From contig NZ_CP146064.1 in NCBI RefSeq assembly GCF_037013405.1, positions 690,001 through 722,000 on the forward strand: a DNA stretch of 32,000 nucleotides. Reading direction: 5' to 3'. The notes beneath the pieces were generated by a model. That model worked only from the letters and a program-made list of their open reading frames with translations. It was not told where the DNA came from and searched no databases. The DNA is from Candidatus Nanosynbacter sp. BB002 (GTDB lineage Bacteria; Patescibacteriota; Saccharimonadia; Saccharimonadales; Saccharimonadaceae). Made by a program: the position numbers and the translations under genes. Below are positions 16,782-25,748 of the stretch, in pieces (position 1 is the stretch's first letter; every line of letters begins with the position of its first letter).

Positions 16782-16790
16782 AGTATAGCA
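16782..16790 (-). promoter_or_regulatory. extended -10 TGcTATACT, 6 nt upstream of ATG 16775
   Basis: Minus strand reads tgc tatact agaagt ATG. Confidence 0.5.
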
Positions 16791-16827
16791 TTAGTCAAGA
16801 AATAGGGTTATTTGGTTCTGTGTACCG

Positions 16828-17739
16828 CTAGCGGCGGCGCAAGAAATAATAGCCAATCAACAATGCCGCCACAGCGCTGACGCCGGTGATTTTCCAGAAC
16901 ATTGCCGGGTCATCCCCACCAGGAACTGGCACATTCATACCAAACAAGCCAGCGATCATGGTCGGTATAGTGAGCGCCAATGTGATGACGGTCAGCAACC
17001 GAATGGTTTCGTTCAGGCGCGTATCCATCACCGCCCGATAGCTATCGCGCACGTTGGTGATGGTACGCAGCAATGATTTACAGCGACTAATCACCTGCTC
17101 CAGATCAATGGAAATATCTTCAACGTCTTCCTTGGCATCCGACCGAAGCATCAATGCTTTATGCGCAATCATCCGCTCCACTGACAAGTTCATCGGCACC
17201 AAGGCATCCATATAATCATTCAGTTTGCGCTCATATTCAGCTAATGTGGCAATATCGCGCGCTCGCAATGTTCGAATATCGCCAGTCGCCGCCCGCATTT
17301 GACGGTTGATGGCAGCCACCCGGCGCTGATATTGCGTTGCTAACGCATCAATCATGTCAACCAGCAGGGTAATTCGACTTGACGTGGATACCACATGTTT
17401 ATCAATAAACGGCTGCCACAATCTACCTAGGCTATCTCGCGAAATGGTGATGATATAATCCGCATGAATCACAAACAAAATTGGTGTAGTAAAGTCATTA
17501 AAATCATCGTCAGTATCCGGCAATCGGGCAATCAAATATGTCCGCTCATTGTCCGCGTCCAAGCGAGGAACCTCGTGGGGGTCCAATGCGTCGGTGATGA
17601 TATCAGCATCAATCCCCAGTGACAATAACTGGGAAATCTCCTCTTCATTTGGCCGCTCACAACGAATCCAAGAGCCCTTAACTAAGTTCTCTCTGATGGT
17701 AAGCTTGCCAGAATCGTCAGATTTAAGATACTGCAACAT
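16828..17739 (-). CDS. corA: CorA-family divalent cation transporter (paralog 2)
   Basis: C-terminal GLFGMNVPVPG (GMN motif) between two TM helices, 303 aa. Confidence 0.8.
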   Translation of the reverse strand: MLQYLKSDDSGKLTIRENLVKGSWIRCERPNEEEISQLLSLGIDADIITDALDPHEVPRLDADNERTYLIARLPDTDDDFNDFTTPILFVIHADYIITISRDSLGRLWQPFIDKHVVSTSSRITLLVDMIDALATQYQRRVAAINRQMRAATGDIRTLRARDIATLAEYERKLNDYMDALVPMNLSVERMIAHKALMLRSDAKEDVEDISIDLEQVISRCKSLLRTITNVRDSYRAVMDTRLNETIRLLTVITLALTIPTMIAGLFGMNVPVPGGDDPAMFWKITGVSAVAALLIGYYFLRRR

Positions 17740-17747
17740 ACCTGTTA

Positions 17748-17756
17748 TTTATATCA
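17748..17756 (-). promoter_or_regulatory. extended -10 TGaTATAAA, 8 nt upstream of ATG 17739
   Basis: Minus strand reads tga tataaa taacaggt ATG. Confidence 0.4.
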
Positions 17757-17784
17757 TGAAAATTAGATAAAAGCAATGCTTTGG

Positions 17785-18738
17785 CTATGAAACAATCCGC
17801 GTGCCCGCCGTCCCGTCGATAGCCTCAGTAGTTTTTTCCAATGAGGTAATGACCGCGGTACGACCCTCGCCACCTGACACAAATTGCAAGGCTGCTTGCG
17901 CTTTTGGCAGCATGGATCCAGCGGCAAACTGACCATCATCAATGTGTTTTTGCATCTCTACTGCAGAGATTTGCCCCAAAGCTTCTTCATTTGGTTGGTT
18001 GAAATTGACCTTGGCGGCATCAACCGAAGTTAAAATCAGCAGAGTGTCTGCGTGCAGCAAATTAGCCAAGGTTGCCGCTCCAAAGTCTTTATCGATGACT
18101 GCTTCAACACCCTTGAGCGTGCCGTCTTCCTGACGCAATACGGGGATGCCGCCACCACCAGTTGACACCACCAGAACACCCGCTTCAACCAAGGCTTTGA
18201 TGATCGGCGCCTCGACAATTTCCACTGGTTTTGGTGATGGCACCACACGGCGCCAACCACGACCAGCATCTTCCTTAACAACATAGCCACGCTCAGCCTG
18301 CACCGCCTTCGCTTCTTCTTCTGAATAAAATGGACCAATTGGTTTGGTTGGGTTTTGGAACGCTGCATCATCCCCAGAGACAATGGTCTGCGTCACCAAA
18401 CTAACAGCGTGCTTATCAGTCATCTGATGAGCCCTGAAGCTGTCTTGAAAGGCTTGCTGCAACCAAAAGCCGATCAGACCTTGACTCATAGCCCCACAAT
18501 CATCTAGTGGTAAGCTCGGTACATCATCAGTATTAACAGCCTCTTCATGCAAGACAATGTTTCCCACCTGGGGACCGTTGCCATGAACGATAGCTATTCT
18601 ATGTCCTGCTTGAACAAGTGGTAATAACTGTCGTATCGTCTCAGCCGCTACTCGGCGCTGTGCTTCTGAAGAGGCTTCGCCCTGCTTCTGCAGGGCGTTA
18701 CCTCCAAGAGCAACGACAATAGTTCGCTGCTTATCCAT
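17785..18738 (-). CDS. arcC: carbamate kinase
   Basis: IVVALGGNAL N-terminus, HGNGPQVG, about 317 aa. Last gene of the ADI operon. Confidence 0.9.
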   Translation of the reverse strand: MDKQRTIVVALGGNALQKQGEASSEAQRRVAAETIRQLLPLVQAGHRIAIVHGNGPQVGNIVLHEEAVNTDDVPSLPLDDCGAMSQGLIGFWLQQAFQDSFRAHQMTDKHAVSLVTQTIVSGDDAAFQNPTKPIGPFYSEEEAKAVQAERGYVVKEDAGRGWRRVVPSPKPVEIVEAPIIKALVEAGVLVVSTGGGGIPVLRQEDGTLKGVEAVIDKDFGAATLANLLHADTLLILTSVDAAKVNFNQPNEEALGQISAVEMQKHIDDGQFAAGSMLPKAQAALQFVSGGEGRTAVITSLEKTTEAIDGTAGTRIVS

Positions 18739-18741
18739 AGG

Positions 18742-20289
18742 CTATCCTAATACTCCAAAGGCAGCGATGACCGCAACGCTGATGATTGCGAAAACTGCCA
18801 TGATTGGTGCTGAACGTCGCAGCCATGCGCGGTATGAGACACCAGCCAGTGCCAAACCGCCCATCAAGGAAGCGATGGTTGGTGCCATCATGTTAAGCAA
18901 ACCTGATGCTGTAGCAAAGGCTGCCACCATGACTTCTTTGCTTGAGCCAACCAGATCAGCAATCGGCGCAATAACTGGCATAGTTGCTGCTGCCAAACCT
19001 GATGATGACGGCACGATGAAGGACATTGGCAAGTAGAACAGATACGCCAGCACACCAACAACGCCACCGCCAGCATCTTTCAGAAGCGCTTCGCCCCAGC
19101 TAATGATAGTATCTTGGATTTCACCGTTAGTCATCACGACAGAGACGCCGGTTGCCACTGCGATAATCAAAGCAACTGGTAAGATATCTTTCACGCCGTC
19201 AATGAAGGTGTCAACTGGGAAAATACCTTCTTTTTTAAACTCTTTATAGTAAATTGCGGTAATAACAATTGTTGAGATTAAGAATAGTGCGGTAATTTCA
19301 TTAAAGTACCAATCACCAAAGGCCGCACTGTGCACTACGCCAAATACTGCACCGATAATTGGCAACTCTGAAGCCCACTTAAATAGGTCAGTGAATACTG
19401 TAATCTCCCAACTTCCCCAAGGAATCAGCGAAAGGACCATCAAGACAAACGTAATAGCGAAGACGCCCATGACGACTTTTCGTGGACCAGTAAATTTTGG
19501 TACGTTCGTCATATCCAAGGCTGCTGTGACTGGCTTATAACGAACATCTTCCTTATACTTGCCTGCTTTTACCTTTGCTGCGTAACGCATAGTAAAGATG
19601 ATTGCCGCGATCAAACATAGCACCAAAATGATAGACATTATTGGGATAACATTGCCCAATTTAACATCAGCAGTCTTTGCGGCAACACCGGTGGAGAATG
19701 GGTTAATAGTCGAACCAAGCACACCAGCACCAGCACCCAGTACAATCACCATCACACCAGTCATTGCGTTATAGCCGGCAGCGATCATCATCGGAATAAC
19801 TAGCGCGTAAAACGCCACAGTTTCTTCCTGCATACCGTAAGTTGTACCACCGATAGCAAACAACGTCATTAAGATTGGAATGAGCCATTTTTCTTTGCCC
19901 TTCATCTTACGAAGTAGCGCACCGAGTGAAGCATCCAGGGCGCCAGTCTTCATGGTAACGCCCAAGAATCCACCAAGTACCATAACGAAGACTATAACGT
20001 CTAGCTTATCGGACATACCTTTAATGGGTGCTGTGAAGACGTCCCATAAGCCTTGCCGGTCATGCTTGTCAACTTTCTCTTCTTTACCGTCCTTTTCTTC
20101 AGTGACGGTGCGGTCTTTTTCAACCACATGATACGATCCCGCAACACGGTTACCATCGTCATCAGTCTTATAGACGCCCGACGGAATAATCCATGTCAAC
20201 GCTGCCATGATTGCGATCACGACAAACAAAATCGTAAACGCCGATGGCGATCGAAGCTTCTGCTTTGCTTTTTTAATTTTTTCTACCAT
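18742..20289 (-). CDS. YfcC/DcuC-type anaerobic carrier family permease (putative arginine/ornithine exchanger of the ADI operon)
   Basis: 515 aa, polytopic, with the overall look of YfcC-family proteins. GAAGGAGG SD upstream. Embedded between arcB and arcC. Confidence 0.7.
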   Translation of the reverse strand: MVEKIKKAKQKLRSPSAFTILFVVIAIMAALTWIIPSGVYKTDDDGNRVAGSYHVVEKDRTVTEEKDGKEEKVDKHDRQGLWDVFTAPIKGMSDKLDVIVFVMVLGGFLGVTMKTGALDASLGALLRKMKGKEKWLIPILMTLFAIGGTTYGMQEETVAFYALVIPMMIAAGYNAMTGVMVIVLGAGAGVLGSTINPFSTGVAAKTADVKLGNVIPIMSIILVLCLIAAIIFTMRYAAKVKAGKYKEDVRYKPVTAALDMTNVPKFTGPRKVVMGVFAITFVLMVLSLIPWGSWEITVFTDLFKWASELPIIGAVFGVVHSAAFGDWYFNEITALFLISTIVITAIYYKEFKKEGIFPVDTFIDGVKDILPVALIIAVATGVSVVMTNGEIQDTIISWGEALLKDAGGGVVGVLAYLFYLPMSFIVPSSSGLAAATMPVIAPIADLVGSSKEVMVAAFATASGLLNMMAPTIASLMGGLALAGVSYRAWLRRSAPIMAVFAIISVAVIAAFGVLG

Positions 20290-20328
20290 TGCCTCGGAGC
20301 CTCCTTCACTCCCTTATTACGACAACTA

Positions 20329-21318
20329 CTACAATGTCAAAGCCATGACAGCTTTGATTGTATGCATACGATTTTCCGCTTGGTCAAATACAACTGAATG
20401 TGGTGAGCGGAACACCTCATCAGTCACCTCCATTGATTCTAATCCAAAATCTTCCTGAACTTTTTTGCCAGTGATAGTCAATGCGTCATGGAATGCTGGC
20501 AAGCAGTGCATGAATTTTACTTCAGGATTGCCTGTCAGGTTGATCATGTCACGGTTAACCTGGAAGTTGCGTAATTGGTTGATACGCTCAGCGAACTTGT
20601 CTTCCTCACCCATCGACACCCAAACGTCAGTGTAAATCACGTCAGCATCACGCAGAGCTTCCTCAAAATTATCAGTGATAGTGATGCGCGCGTGGCTTGA
20701 TCGTGCTAAGTGATGCGCCCGGTCTACCAGCGACTGCTCGGGATGTAGTTCACGTGGTGCCAAGATACGGAAATCAACGCCCATAATGGCTGAACCAATC
20801 ATCAGCGAATTTGCCATGTTATTGCGGCCATCACCAACGAACACCAGCTTGGTGCCTTTGAGCTTGCCGACATGCTCCTCGATAGTCATGAAATCAGCCA
20901 AAATCTGTGTCGGGTGGAATTTGTCGGTCAGGCCGTTCCAGACCGGAACACCAGCATGACGAGCCAATTCCTCAACTGTCCCGTGATCAAACCCGCGAAA
21001 TTCAATACCATCAAACATGCGGCCCAGCACCTTAGCAGTGTCTTCAACTGTCTCTTTTTTGCCCAGCTGAATGTCGTCTTTGCCGAGGTATTCTGGCGCG
21101 ACACCCAGGTCATTAGCCGCCACGGTAAAGGCGCAGCGCGTGCGAGTTGAGGTTTTCTCAAACAACAGCGCCACGTTTTTGCCTTCATGAATTCGGTGCG
21201 GTACACCAGTGTATTTCAAGCGCTTGTATTCACGTGCCGTGTCCAGCAACAGGCGGATTTCTCCAGCAGTATAATCATTCAGCGTCAGGAATGATCGTCC
21301 TTTCAAGCTCAACGCCAT
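20329..21318 (-). CDS. arcB: ornithine carbamoyltransferase (catabolic context)
   Basis: [12 protein letters not shown] carbamoyl-phosphate site and HCLPAFH ornithine site. 1-nt TAATG-type overlap with arcA. Confidence 0.9.
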   Translation of the reverse strand: MALSLKGRSFLTLNDYTAGEIRLLLDTAREYKRLKYTGVPHRIHEGKNVALLFEKTSTRTRCAFTVAANDLGVAPEYLGKDDIQLGKKETVEDTAKVLGRMFDGIEFRGFDHGTVEELARHAGVPVWNGLTDKFHPTQILADFMTIEEHVGKLKGTKLVFVGDGRNNMANSLMIGSAIMGVDFRILAPRELHPEQSLVDRAHHLARSSHARITITDNFEEALRDADVIYTDVWVSMGEEDKFAERINQLRNFQVNRDMINLTGNPEVKFMHCLPAFHDALTITGKKVQEDFGLESMEVTDEVFRSPHSVVFDQAENRMHTIKAVMALTL

Positions 21319-22553
21319 TACACATCCTCCCTCACGATTGGCATACTCATACAGCGTGGACCACCGCGACCGCGTCCAAGCTCTGATCCATTGACCTCAA
21401 TCACTTCAACGCCGGCATCACGCAGTTTTTGGTTGGTAACATAGTTACGGTCATACGTCACCACAACGCCTGGTGCAATAGCCAGGGTGTTGGAGCCGTC
21501 ATTCCACTGCTCACGGGCTGCAGCAATTCGGTCGCCACCACCACACTCGATCAACGTGACTGCTGGCAAGCCCAAGGCGACTCGCAAGACATGTTCCAAG
21601 TCGGTCTCACGCGTGATGCGCGGGAATGGCTGACCTTCAACCTTCTCCAAAATAAAGCAGTTGATTTTACCACCGTGGTCGCGAATTTCTGGGTGAATGG
21701 TAAACTTATCATAGTCAATCATGGTAAACACCGTGTCGAGGTGCATGAACGCATGCGACTTTGGAATTTCCATGGCGATAACCTTTTTGAAATCAGAACC
21801 AGCAAACAGTTTGGTTGCCATTTTTTCAATTGCTTCAGCAGAAGTTCGCTCGCTGATACCAATCGCCATCACTTCTCGATTCAGCACCAACTCGTCACCA
21901 CCTTCGATAGAATATTTCTCATGGCGGTCATACCATACTGGTACGTTTTTGCCAGCAAACCGTGGGTGATGGTCGATGATATAGCGCATGAACAATGACT
22001 CGCGACGGCGAGCTGGCCAGTGCATCTTGTTAATTGTCAGGCCTTGACCAATTGCCGCAGCCGGATCACGCGTAAAGTACAAGTTTGGCATTGGGTCAAG
22101 ATAAAATGGATAGTAATCTTTCTCGACCATGTCATGTAGCTGCTGATGGTGCTCTGGTGGCAAAGTGATTTCATCTTTACGAACACCAGCCATCAACTTG
22201 CGAACCATGGCGTGGGTTGGCAAGTCTAGCAAAAATTGACGCAACGTTTCAGTGACACGACGAGTGCCTTGCTTGGAGTTAGCAAGCATGTCGTCGACAA
22301 ACTGCTCACGCAACGCATCAGTCGCCAAGGCTTCTGTCGCCAATTGATCCAAGTACAACACTTCTACGCCACGCTCACGTAAAACTTGCGCAAAAGCGTC
22401 ATGTTCTTCTTGTGCTTTTTTAAGATATGGGATGTCGTCAAATAAAAGGTCGGTCAGATAATCCGGAGTCAAATTTTCCAACTCCTCACCTGGCCGATGC
22501 AAGACAACTACTTTTAATTTCCCGATTTCCGATGTAATATGTATTGGATCCAT
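21318..22553 (-). CDS. arcA: arginine deiminase
   Basis: N-terminal [15 protein letters not shown] and C-terminal GGPRCMSMP (catalytic Cys), 411 aa. Confidence 0.95.
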   Translation of the reverse strand: MDPIHITSEIGKLKVVVLHRPGEELENLTPDYLTDLLFDDIPYLKKAQEEHDAFAQVLRERGVEVLYLDQLATEALATDALREQFVDDMLANSKQGTRRVTETLRQFLLDLPTHAMVRKLMAGVRKDEITLPPEHHQQLHDMVEKDYYPFYLDPMPNLYFTRDPAAAIGQGLTINKMHWPARRRESLFMRYIIDHHPRFAGKNVPVWYDRHEKYSIEGGDELVLNREVMAIGISERTSAEAIEKMATKLFAGSDFKKVIAMEIPKSHAFMHLDTVFTMIDYDKFTIHPEIRDHGGKINCFILEKVEGQPFPRITRETDLEHVLRVALGLPAVTLIECGGGDRIAAAREQWNDGSNTLAIAPGVVVTYDRNYVTNQKLRDAGVEVIEVNGSELGRGRGGPRCMSMPIVREDV

Positions 22554-22588
22554 ACCCCCGTCCCCTTTTTGTTTATGGTTATACTAAT

Positions 22589-22597
22589 AATATAGCA
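22589..22597 (-). promoter_or_regulatory. extended -10 TGcTATATT for the arc operon (leadered, G-rich SD before ATG 22553)
   Basis: Minus strand reads tgc tatatt, then a leader of about 35 nt ending in aaaaggggacgggggt ATG. Confidence 0.45.
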
Positions 22598-22635
22598 TAT
22601 ACCAAATAGAACACAAGCATCATTCAGAGGTTAGC

Positions 22636-23250
22636 TCATCGCCGAATGATGGCCAATGATGACTCGACTGCCACCCGAGCTGGATGACGCTTCAGCCATG
22701 CATCAACCGCCCGTGCTGCGCCTGGCAGCGCTTCATTGGCGTAGTCATCGACGATGATAGTCGCCGTTTTCTGAAACTTGCCGTCGCACACGCGAAACGA
22801 GTCAACGATTGATTCATAAAAATCGCCATCAAAAAACGCAAAGATGATACTTTCCGGCACGTCGTCAGGAACAAAATCAGCAAACCAGCCTTTGTGGATG
22901 ATCGGCAGTTTCAAGCCAGCCTTTTTGAAGTTTTGGATGAAGGTTTTGCGTGGTGCGAGCAGTTCACCGGCCTTGAACTGCTCGCCGGCAGCGCTGGCGT
23001 CGGCTTGGGTTTTTTCTGGCAAGCCCATAAACGAATCGTAAACATGAAACTCGCCGGTAAAATCATAGGCGTCCAACAGCCGCCGGATGAACAAACTCGT
23101 CGTGCCGACATAACAGCCAAACTCGACGATGTTGCCAGTCGCACCACTTCGTAGCACTGTTTCCAGTTCCCGCAACAACACGCCGAGTTCTTTGGTGTCA
23201 ACTTGGTCGGAAATGATGGGATGTTTGGTGAGGAGTTGGTCGGTGATCAT
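22636..23250 (-). CDS. TylF/macrocin-O-methyltransferase-family SAM-dependent methyltransferase
   Basis: GNIVEFGCYVGTTSLFI (SAM site) and FFDGDFYESIVDSF (metal-binding DGD.YES motif of the TylF family). Start at MITDQLL (ATG 23250). Confidence 0.7.
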   Translation of the reverse strand: MITDQLLTKHPIISDQVDTKELGVLLRELETVLRSGATGNIVEFGCYVGTTSLFIRRLLDAYDFTGEFHVYDSFMGLPEKTQADASAAGEQFKAGELLAPRKTFIQNFKKAGLKLPIIHKGWFADFVPDDVPESIIFAFFDGDFYESIVDSFRVCDGKFQKTATIIVDDYANEALPGAARAVDAWLKRHPARVAVESSLAIIRR

Positions 23251-23258
23251 TATGAACT

Positions 23259-23447
23259 TTAACGAGCCTCCGACAGTCCAGTAATGGCAATGATGATGGT
23301 ACTGACGGCGAGGCATCCCACCAAAAACTCAAGCGGCACATCTGGCTTAAGATAGGCAAAAATCGCCGTGCCAATCCACATAACTACAATGATTCCCGCG
23401 GCATATGGATAGCGGACTTGCATCACCCATTGTTGTAATTGCTTCAT
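23259..23447 (-). CDS. 62-aa two-TM membrane protein
   Basis: Two hydrophobic helices. ATGA overlap with the ABC1 kinase stop. Confidence 0.5.
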   Translation of the reverse strand: MKQLQQWVMQVRYPYAAGIIVVMWIGTAIFAYLKPDVPLEFLVGCLAVSTIIIAITGLSEAR

Positions 23448-24895
23448 GCTAATTCTCCTTTTTGTAGCAACATAGTGTAAGCGGTCCTGTCACGTTCCGC
23501 AACCTTACTCATCCAGTCCATCACTATCTCTTGTGCCAACTCAATACTCATCGGCGACGAGTGCACCACCTCGCTCACTCCATGACTATTGGCATGAACC
23601 TCGGCCAACTCCAGTGCATCATGAACAATCTGCCAATAGCGCGTCCGTCGGTACGCATCACCACACGCCAGCCGCGCTGCCGCCAAATAATGATACAAAC
23701 CGCGCTGTAACATAATATTAGCGCTGTCCACCTTGATGGCAAAACGATTGCCAGCATTCAACTCACTGAGAAACAGCTGAGTTATTTGTCGATTAGCAGC
23801 GAATGTACTGGTTGTCGATTGGATTAACGTATGAGCGTATTCATAAATACCCCGAGCTAAGCTGCGATCTTTGGCGATCACATCCAGCGCTTGATACAAG
23901 GTATGGTCATAAAACGCCAGCATCGCCAGCGCCAACAAACCCATGTCAGCTCGATCTTCATACAGCGCTCGGTACTGCACAATCACATGGTAAAACGAAG
24001 CGCGATGTCGCGGAGCTGCCACTGCCAAGCCAAAGTCGATCAGCGCAACTTTGTTGTCTCTCAGTAAATAAATATTGCCTGGATGCGGATCAGCCATGAT
24101 GACGTCTGCTCGTAAAATTGCAATTAAAAACTCACTGCCAACCGTAACCAATTGCTGCTGCATATCAGAGCCAAGCTGGTCTTTGACAAACCGGTAAGTA
24201 TCACCTCCTGTTTGCGCCTGTTCCACCACCTCAGTCAGCGGCAGCCCTTCTATACATTCCTGAACCAATATCCGCCGCGTTGAGTACTCAACCAGCGTCT
24301 CTGGCACCACAACTTTGTCAGTGCGGTGCGCAAAATATTCACGAATTGCCTGGGCTGTAATTAGCTCGCGCTGATAATCAGTTTCGCGCTTGGTGGTTTT
24401 GATAAACTCATCAGCAATCTTAACCAGTGGGAAAATATCGTTCTTTAGCATGAACTGTCCGACCCAACAGCAAAAATGCAGCACGGCAAGGTCAAAATTC
24501 AGATGGCGGACCACGCTGGAACGAAGGATTTTGAGAATATATCGATTACTTGGGCAGTCAACCAGACAGCAGTGATAGACCTGGGCGAATGAACCCGTAG
24601 CGAACGGCTGATCTTCCTCGACGACTATTTGACTCGCTTTGTTGCCAAGCTCTTGCCGCAAAATCTCAGCAACGTCAATTGGCTCAACTGCCACATTATC
24701 AAAAGCATCCAGCCGATATCCAGACGCAGCATACACCTGAGCCATCAGTTCAGTCGACGCCAAATGCTGCAAAAACTTGACATACACGCCACCTAATCTG
24801 TGACACTCATCTGACAAAACTTTGAGCCACAACTGGTCACTGCGCCACGCGCGCCATACTCGAACTAACGCCCGGATGACAAACAGTAAACGCAC
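23444..24895 (-). CDS. ABC1/UbiB-family atypical protein kinase-like protein
   Basis: FATGSFAQVYHC ... ILKILR ... IMADPHPGNIYLL ... LIDFGLAV. GTG start abutting the upstream TAA. No TM helices of its own. Confidence 0.8.
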   Translation of the reverse strand: MRLLFVIRALVRVWRAWRSDQLWLKVLSDECHRLGGVYVKFLQHLASTELMAQVYAASGYRLDAFDNVAVEPIDVAEILRQELGNKASQIVVEEDQPFATGSFAQVYHCCLVDCPSNRYILKILRSSVVRHLNFDLAVLHFCCWVGQFMLKNDIFPLVKIADEFIKTTKRETDYQRELITAQAIREYFAHRTDKVVVPETLVEYSTRRILVQECIEGLPLTEVVEQAQTGGDTYRFVKDQLGSDMQQQLVTVGSEFLIAILRADVIMADPHPGNIYLLRDNKVALIDFGLAVAAPRHRASFYHVIVQYRALYEDRADMGLLALAMLAFYDHTLYQALDVIAKDRSLARGIYEYAHTLIQSTTSTFAANRQITQLFLSELNAGNRFAIKVDSANIMLQRGLYHYLAAARLACGDAYRRTRYWQIVHDALELAEVHANSHGVSEVVHSSPMSIELAQEIVMDWMSKVAERDRTAYTMLLQKGELA

Positions 24896-25048
24896 TTACC
24901 TGGCCCTCCGAAACCCAATGAAGTATAACACCAGCGTCAAAATCAACACGCAAACGTACAAAAACAAGGGGTCAATGCTCGTATTTACCAACAGCAGCAT
25001 AGCCAGCCAAATCGCCACTATACTCACAAACACAAAAGCATATCTCAC
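24896..25048 (-). CDS. candidate 50-aa two-TM membrane protein (first gene of the ABC1 operon)
   Basis: GTG 25048 lies 6 nt downstream of TGtTACAAT. Translation VRYAFVFVSIVAIWLAMLLLVNTSIDPLFLYVCVLILTLVLYFIGFRRAR. Its TAA is immediately followed by the kinase GTG. Below the ORF-track length cutoff. Confidence 0.45.
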   Translation of the reverse strand: MRYAFVFVSIVAIWLAMLLLVNTSIDPLFLYVCVLILTLVLYFIGFRRAR

Positions 25049-25054
25049 AGGTTT

Positions 25055-25063
25055 ATTGTAACA
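25055..25063 (-). promoter_or_regulatory. extended -10 TGtTACAAT, 6 nt upstream of GTG 25048
   Basis: Minus strand reads tgt tacaat aaacct GTG. Confidence 0.45.
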
Positions 25064-25192
25064 TATCGCCTGGTGGCTCTCCAGGGGTTGCTTGGTAAAT
25101 CAGCTATCACGGGCATCTAATTTACCACAGTGAGTTTTACCCTGTTCTGCGGTCTCATGTTTTACCGCAGCCTACAACAGACAACGCCGGAG

Positions 25193-25201
25193 TGATACAA
25201 T
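25193..25201 (+). promoter_or_regulatory. extended -10 TGaTACAAT, 6 nt upstream of ATG 25208
   Basis: Read directly: tga tacaat tacacc ATG. Confidence 0.5.
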
Positions 25202-25207
25202 TACACC

Positions 25208-25669
25208 ATGAAGATATCTAGCTCTGCGTTCGCCGAAAACGCTAAAATACCAAAAATTTACGCCAAGCTTGGCGGCAACCAATGCCCGCCACTCGAAGTC
25301 AGCGGCGTACCGGCAGACGCCAAAAGTCTGGTGGTTGTCTGCCACGACCCTGATGCGCCTGGGCGCGATGGATTCTACCATTGGACGGTTTGGAATCTGC
25401 CAGCAGAAACTACTGAAATCACTGGCGAGTCATTACCCGCGGGCGCTGTCGAGGGGGTTACCAGCTGGGGCCATCCCGGCTGGGGTGGGCCGCAGCCGCC
25501 GTTTGGCACGCACCGCTATCAATTTTACGTGTACGCGCTGGACACGACGTTGGATTCACCAAGCGACACTAAACCAAAAGAGCTCATCGCTGCCCTCACA
25601 TCGCACATCATTGACCAAGCCGTGCTGACTGGAAAGTTTGGCGTGTTGGATATTTTGCGGCGGGATTAA
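25208..25669 (+). CDS. YbhB/YbcL-family PEBP (Raf kinase inhibitor-like) protein
   Basis: CHDPDAPGRDGFYHW and GPQPPFGTHRYQFYVYALD motifs. Confidence 0.85.
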   Translation: MKISSSAFAENAKIPKIYAKLGGNQCPPLEVSGVPADAKSLVVVCHDPDAPGRDGFYHWTVWNLPAETTEITGESLPAGAVEGVTSWGHPGWGGPQPPFGTHRYQFYVYALDTTLDSPSDTKPKELIAALTSHIIDQAVLTGKFGVLDILRRD

Positions 25670-25748
25670 GCATCACTTTCTCTGGGCGAAAGTCTACAGA
25701 CCATTAAACGACACCACCAACCCTATTCTGTCATCTATATTTTTTAAT

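Noticed and set aside
17770-17782. Hairpin AAAGC-aat-GCTTT after arcC, as a possible terminator
   Set aside because: The stem is only 5 bp and AT-rich, the loop is 3 nt, and it overlaps the CorA2 promoter region. That is too weak to call.
21429-21998. 189-aa plus-strand ORF
   Set aside because: It lies entirely antisense to arcA, has no motifs and no start signals, and is a shadow ORF of a strongly supported gene.
22598-22635. Possible ArgR ARG-box or ArcR/CRP-type operator upstream of arcA (TGAATGATGCTTGTG)
   Set aside because: It matches only half of either consensus, which is not enough to support a call without comparative data.
24822-25061. 79-aa plus-strand ORF spanning the ABC1 kinase start
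   Set aside because: It overlaps the kinase start and has no start signals. The minus-strand 50-aa membrane ORF, with its own -10 box and stop-start abutment, explains the region better.
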